Part shown: piece by piece, positions 23,281 through 34,438 of the stretch
Position numbering within the stretch: the first letter of the stretch is position 1
Layout of the letters: each line of letters begins with the position of its first letter
NCBI GenBank assembly: GCA_973895155.1
Contig: OZ316891.1
Span: forward strand, 24,365,899-24,429,898
DNA: 64,000 nt
DNA from: Marsupella aquatica
Taxonomy: Eukaryota > Plantae > Marchantiophyta
Reading direction: 5' to 3'
Notes under the pieces: model-generated
The model's database searches: none
What the model saw: the letters and a program-made list of their open reading frames with translations, nothing else
What the model was told of the DNA's origin: nothing
Position numbers and translations under genes: made by a program

Positions 23281-24800
23281 AAATATAGGCAGGATGGAAA
23301 CCTGGTCAAAATCCTGTCGTGCATCTGAGGAATCATCAGAGGCAATCAAAGGGCTGCGGGACATAGTGTCAGCATTTTGATGTGTCACACCAGGCCTATG
23401 AATTACCTCAAAATCATACTCCTGGAGTATGAGCGCCCAACGAGCAAGCTTGCCAATAAGCTTGTCGTTGGTCATCAACCACTTCAAGGGCTGGTGGTCG
23501 GTGTAGAGAACAAACCTGGTCCCATAGAGGTAGGGCCTGTAATGTATGATAGCCCACACAACAACAAGGCATTCACCCTCATAAGAAGAATAATGACTCT
23601 CTGCCTGATTGTTGCTCCTTGATGCAAAGGCAATGACGTACTCTTTACCTTCCTCATCATGCTGGCCCAGAATGGCACCAATCCCAAGGGCACTCCAATC
23701 TGTGTGTAACACAAAGACCTTGCTGAAATCAGGTCTTCTCAGCACCGGGTATTCTGAGAGCTTCTCCTTCAAAGTGGCAAATGCTGCCTCAGCATCTGTA
23801 TTCCATGTCCAAGTCACATTCTTTTTCAATAAAGCATACAATGGGTGTGCAATGGTACTGAAATCTTTGATGTAGATCCGGTAGTAATTGCACAACCCAA
23901 TAAAACTCCTCAAAGTGTGAACATCGGTAAGAGTGGGCATTTCCAAGATGGATACCACCTTGGCCCAGTGAGCCATGGTTCCATTTGGAAGAATGCGATG
24001 CTCAAGATATACTACTGATCTGACAACAAATTCACACTTCTTGGGGTGTATCTTTAGGTTCACCTTCTTAAGCCTCATGAATAGCTCCTCAAGGTCAAGT
24101 AGATGTTGGTCAAATCCTTTTTTGCTGTGGACCAACACATCATCAATGTAGCATTTCAGAAACTCAGCACCTTGAAGAACCTGGTCCATGACTCTTTGAA
24201 AGAATATGGGCGCATTCTTCAAGCCAAATGGCATCACCAACCACTCCCATAGTTGGTTACTACCTTGGAAAGCTATTTTCTTGCGGTCCTTTGCAAGCAG
24301 CAAAATCTGGTTAAAGCCTTGCCTTAGATCCACAAGAGTGAAGATGTCTGAGTCTCCAATGCTGTCAAATAGCTCCTCTGGCCGTGGCATGCGGTACCTG
24401 TCCTGGGGTGTGACCAGGTTTAGTGGCCTGTAGTCCCCACACGTGCGCTTCTCTGTCCACAACCCATTGGAATCCTTCTTTGCTGGCATCACTGTAGCTC
24501 GCTGCAAAATCTGATGTAGATGGCTGAATAAGACCAGCTTCATATAACTCTTGGCACCTCTCATCCACCAGCTGCCACTCATGCTTACTCAAATGGTGTC
24601 TCCGCCTGAAGATAGGTGTTTCATCAGCCAATTCAATGGAGAACTGCATAGTCTTGCACTTACCCAAGTCCTTCATAGAGAAAGCAAACACATTCTCATG
24701 CTTGAGGAGCAAATTCAGCAGCTGGTCCTTCTGTCTTTTACTCAGGTGGTTGCCCATGATGAATGTGTAGTTGGCAACACTAGGAATAGGACCTGATGTA
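23281..24800 (-). pseudogene. Gypsy reverse transcriptase + RNase H
   Basis: 'DYRPLN', 'VDLRQGFNQ', 'MPFGLKNAP', 'CYIDDVLV', 'LHTDWS', 'YSSYEGECL', 'YTDHQPL', 'NADTMSR'; frameshift near 24500. Confidence 0.95.
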
Positions 24801-25109
24801 CTCATACTTGAAGAGCCAAAAGTGCTAGCCTCTCCACTGTCCAAGCTGCTAGCATGCTGCTGATAAGGTGAGGAGGCCTCTCCAAGGCCTGTTGTACCTG
24901 CTGATTTGGGTTGGTCCACACCATGAAACTCAGAAATAATATCAGCCACATTACAAGGGACCTCCTCCCCCCAACACTTGGACTGAAGCGGTGAGTGTTG
25001 AATAGAGGTAAGTGCACCTGGTCGGGATGCCATGTAGCAGCACCATGGAGTGGTAGAGTTGGAACTCCAGATGCTGAATGAATGTACATCTGAAAAAGGA
25101 TGCAAGTGA

Positions 25110-26060
25110 CCAGAAGCCAAGTGAGAGCATTAAGATCCATTACCCTGCCAAGTAAAGCATTCCTGGCCAGCCTGGTGATCTGGGTGGGACGTGTAGTACC
25201 GAATTGGAAGCCCATAGCCCATTCTCTCTCCTCAGGACTAGGTTCATCCCAAGTACCGGTAGAATGTCGATAAACCAGACCAGGACCATCACCCTGAAAG
25301 GCATGTGCACCTGGAAAGGATACAAATGTAGGCCAAGCAGCACGGGGTTGTCCAATGGTATTGGCTGGATACCAAGGTGCTAGCTCTTGCCGTGTAACTG
25401 GTTGGCAAGAACTGTCAGGATCCAAAATCTGGTCCACTGTGAGGTTAGTGTCCCTGGATGTGTGGTGAAGAGCTAACTCCAACAAGGAAGGTGGTGCAAG
25501 GTTAGTCCAAAAGTTACGAAGACGATGTGCATAAGAACCACAGTGCACTACATCAATGAGAAGGGGTGGTCCCAAGTAGTGCTGGACCACACTGAAATCC
25601 TCTTTGACCTGTGGACGCTGGTCAAACTGAGATGGAGTATTCTCAATGATATAACCAACAGCAGGACAAAGGGATTGAGCCCAGGTGAGAATATGAACCA
25701 ATGTTGTGAAAAGGCCAGAACGAGAATCATGTAGTCCAGCACCGTGACCAGCAACTGAAAACCCTTGGCATTCCCAACCAGCTATGATCAAATCAAGGGA
25801 GCCAAGAAGAGTTAAGTGCCGGTGCTGGACAAGCTGGATATCTAGAGGAAAGAAAGAAAATGCAGACTTCCATGCACTGTGTGGAAACTACTGGGGAAAT
25901 CGCTCTGAAAATTCCAGCAGACGGGATTTAGCCACTTGCCTTGCACCTGGATCAATATCCACATAGATGTACTGCTTCACCACCATGCCAGACTGTAGGA
26001 GAGCTTCCAGGCCTGTAGAAATGCCACCAAAAATCTCAAGCAATGTAAGGCCATCTAAAG
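25110..26060 (-). pseudogene. C5 DNA-cytosine methyltransferase domain within Gypsy pol
   Basis: Motif I 'LLEIFGGIS', II 'YVDID', III 'LDI', IV 'IAGWECQGFS' (Cys codon 25768-25770), VI 'IIENT', VIII 'HRLRNFWTN', X-like 'LLGRVMD'. ORFs 25888..26604 and 24802..25791 are one frame separated by a single TAG. Confidence 0.88.
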
Positions 26061-26399
26061 GAGGAGTCCATGTAACTGGTGCGCTCAAGATTGGGGCTAT
26101 TGGTTGGCCATTGTGCTGCCCAAGATCCTCAAATTTGCACAATGCAGCCACCAAAGGTCCATGGGCTGCTTGGAGCCGTTGTACCACCTCTGGTTGATGA
26201 TCCACGTTGCTGGAAAGTGTTGCTATACGTGCAGCAGCATGTGCAGTAGCCACCTCATCATCATCTTCCTCAATCCAATCCTGCAATGGGTGGTTGACAT
26301 AGGTAGCTGTGTGCACTGCTTTCAACACACAGTGGTGAGCCATAGGTGTATGGGCACCATGCAAATCAAGTGGAATGTAGCCCAAGTGTGAGCCATCCG

Positions 26400-26760
26400 T
26401 ATGCCAATCAACTCTGTAGTATGCATGCTCATGCCAGTTGTCAATGGTAAAACCTGGTGGGAACAAAGCCGCCTGGCCAATGAGCACATCATACGTAGTG
26501 GCATTGGTAACCAAACATCTGACTGGGAAATGCAATTCCTGATCTGTACATCCATTAAAAGTGAGAGTGAGTAAAGTAGAACTCTCACCCAGCACATCCT
26601 CCACAGTGCCACTAGCAGTCCGAATGTGCCACTTGGATTGCTGAAATGATCAGTCAACAGTCCCATCTTCTTGGCAAACTGAATGCCCAATATCACTGGT
26701 TGAGCACTTGTGTCTAGCATGACCACCTGAGGAGTGTGACCCTCCAACTTGACCACTAAA
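26400..26760 (-). pseudogene. Gypsy aspartic protease
   Basis: 'VVMLDTSAQPVILG' and, after a frameshift, 'YDVLIG'. Confidence 0.8.
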
Positions 26761-27676
26761 TTCCTGTTGTCAACAATGGCAATGGTGGTGGAAACTGAAG
26801 TCCTGTCACTAGGTACCACTCTCGGCAAATGATGAGGTACCTTGTGAAGGGAGTTAGTGTCCATGGTCTTTCCACTCAACAACATAGCCAGGAAAGATGG
26901 AGCAGCATGACCAGAATCAAGTGTAGCTTTGGTCACACAATCAGCAGCAATTGGTACTGGGGCAGCCAAACCAGTGGAAACATGTAAAGGAGAAGAAGAA
27001 GGACCAATATGTACATGAGATTGGACCTCCAAAACCGGTGTCACAGGGGCTGATGAAGAATGCAGTGAACCCTCTAGCGCCCTGAGGACAGCTCTAGCAT
27101 CCAGCTGTAAATCATGGCAATTGAAAAGTGGAGTTGTAAGAATCCTTTGTGCCATACCGGAGGTGAAATGCTCAAGCAGCTCAGGAGAAACAACTCCCTG
27201 TGAAATGTCAGCAGCACCTGGTGGTGGAATGGATGTAGCTACAGCTCCCTCCCCCCTCGCCAACAAGGTGCGCTCTTTAGCAAGTGTGAGGGGCTGAAAA
27301 GATTGGGGAATGATAGCCCGAGCTCCCCTGGCTCTAGTCATAGGACCGGCAGCAAGACCATCAGCCTGTACAATGCGGCGTGTGGGAGAAATACGGGAGG
27401 CAGCACTAACCTGTTGGTAAGCAAAATACGAAGGGCAGAATGAATCTGAAAATTGGGCGGTAAGGCCAGGCTGTGGAGCAGAGGACAGCACACACTTACC
27501 CATATGAGCATCAAATGGCAAGCCATAGAAAGAGCGGGGTAGAGGTGCTGAACTGTCAGTGGTGCCTGGGCCAGGGATGGGTTGCACGTGACCAGCCGGT
27601 TGAGAAGGACCAGCAGAGGCAGTTGACTTGCCTTTGATGTTGGCAAGTTGGGCATGTAGGGACTCAACCTCATGAG

Positions 27677-29140
27677 TCAGAGACTGGAGTTGAGTTGCCT
27701 GTGCATTGTGAGCCTCCTTCTGAGCTGGTGGCTTCTGTTGTTGCTTGGGCAATTTGTTGGCACTGGTTGCTTTGCCACTAGAAGGAGGAGCAACTGATGC
27801 AATAGGAGCCCTCCTAACTGGTGGGGGAGTGGAAACAGGAGCAGGATGAGTGGCCTGTTGTCGTAGCTACTTCCTCTCGAGGAATTTGGCAAACAAACTG
27901 CCTCCAAGTGGCCCACTTTCCCGCAAAAATCACAAGACAGGTCCTCAGCAACAATATCACATTCATTAGCCTTGTGATTAGGATTGCCACAGTAGTTGCA
28001 AAATGGCAACATGAAAGCAGCATGTGTTGGTTTGGTCTTGGAAGCATACTGTGGCACACGGGAAGGGGTGGCCATTGTAGGGGCAGCAGCCTGGTACCTG
28101 GATCACGGTGGACAAGCAATACTAGCCTCATAATGTGCATGGGCCAACTCAAGTTTCTCAGCAGTGTCATAGACATTGAGCAAGGTGTAGCTGTCTCCAA
28201 ACTCTAAGAATACTTGCTGCAACACTTGCGAATGGAGAGCTAGTGTGCCCTCCAATGTGCGAAGATAGCGATGAGCAGCTTCCAGGTCAGTGATGCTCTG
28301 GGTGTCCTCCTTCAACTTGAGAAGCCGACGATACATCATCTTCAATGTTTCATCGCGCTGCCTCACAAAGGTGGCCAACTGCATAATTTTGTCAGCACTC
28401 TTGATTGGGAATTCCAATTCAAGAACCTGGAAAAACTCAGCCACTGGATCAGCAAAGGCAAGGGAATCAATGGTGGGAGAAATGCCTGATGTAGCCTGTG
28501 CCAAGACAGTGGGAGTAACTGGTGCAGTGGTGGGAACTGGAGTAGGAGGGGAAGTGGCAGGAGCAGCAGCATGGGCTACAATGGCATTCTGTAATGCCAG
28601 TTGTGAGGCAGCCGCAATTGCAGTGGCATAGGCAGGGTTAGGCAATTGTGTGATAGCAAGCAGCCGTTGAGAGTGCTGCTCATACACATCCAAAGCCTCG
28701 TGGTGCACATACCTGGCTAGTTGCTTAAATGCAAAAGCATTTGTAAAATTGTTGCCATACTTCAACTCCAATTCGTAAACGACAGTGTAGAAAGTGGATT
28801 TGAACTCACGCAAAGAAACAGTGCCTGGCCGCCCACTGAAGCGTTCAATGCGGCCAGATGAGTGGCTGGCGTCCATGCTGTATGTCGGTGAAGCAGGAAC
28901 AACCACGGATGCAGAAGGGGTAAATGGCAATGAAGTGATAGCAGGCTTTGGAGTAGTGGTGAAGTGACCGCCAAATTGAGCAAAAGGATTGCGTGGTGTG
29001 GGTGCTGCTGCTATCTGCGGATGTCGTCGAAATTGCCGAGACTCCAATGAAATTGGCACCAACAGCCGTGGATCACTCCGCAAGTGGTACCTGGGTGTTG
29101 GTGGCGATGAGCTGCTACAACTCGGCTCCTTTGCAGACAT
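27677..29140 (-). pseudogene. Gypsy gag with two CCHC zinc knuckles
   Basis: ORF 28103..29140 ('IERFSGRPG', 'FVRQRDETLKMMYRRL') then 'CNYCGNPNHKANEC' and 'CDFCGKVGHLEAVC' in ORF 27677..28075. Confidence 0.85.
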
Positions 29141-29339
29141 GCTGCATGCTCACCCGGGGTGCCAATGGGAAAGAAACTAACAAGAAAAAGGTGTGGCAAC
29201 CCCAAGGCTAGGAAATGTAACCGACAAAGGAAACAAACGATGCGAGACAGAAATATGTAGAATGTGTAAACACGGAGAAACCGTCATCGGAGGAAAAGGA
29301 CCCTTAAAACCACCAAATTTTCCCTTGTCGCACTTACCT

Positions 29340-30760
29340 ATGTGTATACATAGGCGAAGCAAAGAATAAGGGAAAATGGGCCCCTAGAACGTGAAAGGAG
29401 GGCCCCCTTTAAGTGTATACCTCGGGCCCCTTGTGGACCCAGAAACTGGCAGCAAAGGTATGCAAAAGTAGGTGGGACGGTCGTCGCACGGCAAAGGAGC
29501 AAGAAGGCCAAAAACTAAAAGAAAAGGGCCCCAATTAAGTGTATACACCTGGGGGCAGGATGTCGGCAGAAAAATGGTCGTAGTGGGGACCGGCCGCGGT
29601 GCCCTATGCACATGCCCTCATGTGAGGCAAAAGACTCTGCAATTGTCGCGCAGCAGACGAGCGTCCATGGAGGAACAGAAAAAGAAATAGAAGAAAAATG
29701 GCTTTGGCAAGGGCGAAAGAAAAAGACGAGACCCAAGGCGAGGCGAGGAAAAAGAAAAATGGGCCTTGAAGTGCTTGAGCCCTGCATAGGGCTTTGGGCA
29801 CCCTCCCCCTCCTCTAATGTTCCATAGGGCCTCGTGCCCTTGTGCTTGCCCCTGACAAAAGCACTCCCGTGTGAGGGAGTTCAAATTGCACTCCCCTGAG
29901 TCCCCTCCCCTGGTTTAATGCTACCTAGGGCCTCGTGCCTGGCAAGATTGTGACTCCCGAGAGGAGGGAGTTGAATGTACTCCCTCTCTCCCCCTCTTTT
30001 AATTCCTAATAGGGCTTTGTGCCCTCCTTTGGCTTCCCCATCCCCTCTGTGGCTGGTGCTCGGCTCCCCCTCCCTCCTCTTTAATGCTGAAATGGGGCCT
30101 GGCAGAGTGGCAGAAGGACTCTAGGGAAAGGAGTCAAATGTAACCCCCCCGTCTTTAATCCTCCATAGGGCCTCGTGCCCTCTCCTTGCGCTTCTCCCCC
30201 TCCCCCTGCTTTAATTGCTTGCTGACAGCTGACTCCACGAAAAGGAAAAGAATCGGGCGAGAGCAGAAGGAAGCGGCGCGCGGCCCTATGCGCCCTGCGC
30301 AACGTTAAGGAAGGAGGCCATAAAGGACCCCCTAGAAAACGCAAACCTCCCCCCTCCGATGTGTATTAGCGGAAGAGAACGGGCGCTCGAAGAGCGCAAG
30401 GCAGGATAAAATGCGAAAGAAAGAGCCGAAGCACGGCCGAGGGAGGAAACAGGGCGCACGATGGCCGTGGCCGAGAAATGGCCATAAAAACCAATGAAAA
30501 AGGGGCCCCAAACTCCCAAACGGTTGTTAAAAACACGAGCAAGGGCGTTGTGCAGACTATGAAGCGCTGGGGGTCGTGCAGCAGCAGTCGGCAGCACGTC
30601 ACGGCCAGAAAGTACCAAAACTGGCCAAAAAAGTCATGACAGTCGGCAGCAATCGCAGCAGCAGCAATTGTGGAAGCAGATTGAGTTGCGGCCGACAAGA
30701 AAAATCCGGGCCCCTTGTTACATGTATACACTTAAGTATACACATAACACCACAATAAAC
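29340..30760. repeat. CpG-rich 5' leader of the Gypsy element with internal sub-repeats
   Basis: 'tagggcctcgtgcc'-type unit near 29826, 29926, 30010, 30166; 'gggcccc..gtgtatac'-type unit near 29400, 29526, 30707. Confidence 0.7.
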
Positions 30761-32638
30761 CCATAACTTTTAACTCGTCACTCCGATGTCCGTCAAAGAA
30801 ATTGCAATGGCTTCACCAGAAATTGTTGAAATCGTCACGAGCAATCTTCTTCCCTTCACCGCTAACTCGAGAGTTCTTCTTGAATAAAAGGAGTAAGAGA
30901 AACAATCGTACTGAAATCGAATCAAAAACCGGCAGGATGCCAAGATCAGCCGGGAGCATCTAACGAATCACTGTGTGAATCCCGTGTACGGAACCGACGA
31001 GCACTGTCTGAGCTCTATCAACAGCGATTCAAGAAGAACTGAAAACCCGAAAGAAAGACATGCCCTAAGCAAGCAAAGTCCTGGCGTCACAGTAACAAGC
31101 ACATTTGCTTCAAGAACGGCCCAGACTTGCTACAAGAACATGTCGCTAACTCAGGTAGTACACTAGCCCTAACTACATACCTAACGGGCAGGCGAGGGAC
31201 ATGCCAATGTGCATAAGAGGCACTGTCCCTCGGCATGACACCCCTCCTCCTATGTCTTGGAGTCATGAATGAGGGTTATGAGGCCACAGTACGGGAGGAG
31301 GGGGTCAAACTGAATGTGGGCGAGGGTGAGTCTATAACAAATCATTGCATGTTAAATCTATGTCAAGTTCATGTGTTTCATACAACAAACCAAAAACCAA
31401 TACACTATATTTATGATCTACAAACCAATTGATTTGAAATACATGTCTTGATTTATGTTCTGGTTGTATGGCTAACGTAAATTTAATGCGTGGTCAACAG
31501 ATCTGAGCCATCAATGAGTGGGCACATGTCGAAGTGTAAGCCATTTAAATCACAAAAATTTACCCAAGTGGTATCCATGGTACATTACTCAATATTTTTG
31601 AGAAAATGGCATATTAGTCAATAACGTTAGTTTCTGTGGTAACCTTAGTAAATCTAAGATAGAAAGGAAAAACAAGAATTTTCTTGAACAAGTTTGCCAC
31701 CTTTTTTGCTCTTTCTGACCCTAGTAGTCAAATCAAAAGCTACTCCTCAAATCTTGAAGTTTTGATAGTGGACATTACAGGTTTAAGTCACCCTTCTCCC
31801 AATCTTTTTGGACTCAACGTCTGGCTCTACTTTGACCCCACACTAAAAAAAACACTGCTAGCTGGGAGGGGGCCTAATGTTCTAATGACTTGTAGGAATG
31901 CATTTTAGCATAGGGGGAGGGCAAGCTGTATGAATGGGCCCACAGTGTTTGAAAGAGTGGTTTGCTATTACTTTAGGTTGACTCCCATCCTTGAATTTGC
32001 TTTTACATGCTGCAAGTCCCCGGCCCCTGCACTGTTTGATCCTGAAACCTGTCTATTCCAATATCATGGACTCATGGGGTCACCCTAGCAGAGTACTTCT
32101 GCCTCTCTGAAGGCTCCTTTCTGTTTTTGAAGTGAAGTCCAATAGTAGGATGTCTCAGTCCATATGGTGTGCATCTAAGGAGGGTAGCCCCGATGGGGAC
32201 TATTGAACTGTATAGAGTCAAAAACCTAGCAGCATATTGAAAGCTACTCTTTGGGGCTGGTCGTCTCGAGTGAAGCCTCTAATATACAGCAAACTTGGGG
32301 GTGTAACTGAACTTGACAATGCTAGTGGGTAACAGAGATTTGGGGCAAGATTAATCTCTAGCTGAGCATGGCTAGTGTAGAGATAGACAATCACTGACCC
32401 CGTATTTTTTAAGAAAACAAAGGAACAATCCATTTAAATGCAATTATGGAGATCCAGCTGGGCTCGTCACAGCAGAAGCTAGGCCACCAAGGAGCAGCTT
32501 TCTATTTTTGGCCAAGCAGCAGCAAGTTATGGCCAACGTATTATTTATGGTTATCATGATATGGTACCATATAGATCATATGATACCATATCATGATAAG
32601 GTCTGTTTTATTTTCAAATTTAGTAGTCATGATATGTC

Positions 32639-34438
32639 TGTGGGGAGAAATCAGATCAGGAAAAACACTCCAAACATACACGTGCTCAATAGTTACATGG
32701 TTCGCCTCAAAGTTGGTTACGTCCACGGGAAGACCAAGCTTTATTAACGGTTATGTGTCTACTCAAGCATCACCATAGCTCTCATCTCTTCAAGCTCTCA
32801 TCTCTTGCTGTATCACTATGTTCTCTCTTTTTAGAACTCGCTTGTGTGTTCTCACACCACATACAAGTTGAAGAGATAAGGATCAATCTCTTCAACTAGG
32901 GTTAACACTCTAACCCTAGTTAACATACTAACCATAGTTCAACCCAAGACTGAGTTAACCTCTACAAACTCCCCCTTGACTCACGTCTTGGGAGGGTTCA
33001 TAACATTGTCTTTTCCTTACAAGTTCCTCCGCAGGAAGTTCAAGACAGTAGGGCCAAAAGACCCTCCCCCTAATGCAAGGGTTAACTAGAACTAAGCCGT
33101 AGCCGATAAGCCATCGAATGGAGTACTCATATAGAGACATTTTCTTGGTTAACTCTATATTTACAATATTTGTAAATAATTACAATGCCTTGAAAAACTA
33201 TTGGAGTCTAATACTTTGGTAAAAGCATCCGCTGGATTAAGCTTTCCATCAATCTTGACAAGCTCAAATTCATCATCCGATAATGCCTGTCGGATGAAAT
33301 GATAGCGGACATCAATGTGCTTTACCCTGCCATCCATCACCTGATTCTTGGCAGTGTAAATTGCACTTTGACTGTCACAATGAAGATATGCACACTCTTG
33401 TGATAAACCCATCTCCGTGACAAGCTTTTTCAACCAAATGGTCTCTGATGCTGCTTCTGCTGCTGCTACATACTCGGCATCCATAGTAGACTTTGCAACA
33501 CACTTTTGGAGAGTAGACTTCCAACTAATGCATCCACCAACAAGTGTAAATACATATCCAGTTGTCGATCTCCTCTTATCTAGATCACCTGCGTAGTCTG
33601 CATCCACATAACCTTGAAGCACTTTCATATTGTTTGAACTTGCATCAAACAATAAACCCTTCTTAGTGGAACCTCTGATGTAGCGCAAAATCCATTTCAC
33701 TACTTTCCAATGAACTTTTTCTGGATTTGCCATGTATCTGCTTACCTTGCTAACGGCATAACCTATGTCTGGTCGGGTGCATACCATGAGATACATTAAA
33801 CTACCCACAATACTTTTGTAAAGAACTTTGGACATCAAACTTTTTTCTGTCGTATTTGATGGACAAAATGTTGCAGAAATATTGAAATGCCTTGCCAAAG
33901 GAACACTCACAGCCTTAGCATCTGCCATGTTGAATTTTGAGAGTACCTTCTCTACATATCTTTTCTGCGTCAGCCAAAGTTTGGCTTTGTTAACATCCCT
34001 GACAATCTCCATGCCTAGGATCCTCTTGGCTGTGCCCAAATCCTTCATCTTAAACTCAGAACTGAGTTGGGCCTTAAGCTTATCAACTTCGCCCCTATCA
34101 TGTGCTACAATGAACATGTCATCCACATAAAGTACAAGGATGACAAGCTTAAAACCTGTGTTGTTCACACGTCCGATGTAAACACATGGATCGTACACGC
34201 TTTGCACAAATCCAAGCGATTTCAAAAATTCATCAAAACGCTTGTTCCACTGCCTTGGGCTCTGCTTTAATCCATACAAGGATTTTAGCAACCTGCATAC
34301 CAAATTTTCCTTGCCCTTTTGCACAAAACCCTCTGGTTGTCTCATGTAAATCACCTCATCCAACGATCCATATAAGAATGTCGTGACAACATCCATTTGA
34401 TCTAAAACCAAATCAAATAAAACTACAAGAGCACATAG
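32639..34438 (-). mobile_element. Copia-C 3' half (RT C-terminal part, RNase H, PPT, 3' LTR 32639-32966)
   Basis: ORF 33161..34462 'LCALVVLFDLVLDQMDV...YVDD...KHIDVRYHFIR'; PPT 32967-32980; the 328-bp LTR is the reverse complement of 49363-49690. Confidence 0.95.

Larger units (their letters stand above)
14946..31339 (-). mobile_element. Ty3/Gypsy-type retroelement gag-PR-DNMT-RT-RH-INT-PHD (decayed; boundaries tentative)
   Basis: Domain order RT-RH-INT is the Ty3/Gypsy order; ends assigned from imperfect inverted repeats at 14946 and 31339; interrupted by Copia-B. Confidence 0.8.

Noticed and set aside
25110-26060. DNMT as a host DRM/CMT/MET1 gene
   Set aside because: Intronless, in frame with protease, motifs in non-permuted order (unlike DRM), no UBA, BAH or chromo domain.
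29177-31432. Short ORFs in the Gypsy leader
   Set aside because: No recognisable domains; repeat-rich GC-rich UTR-like sequence.
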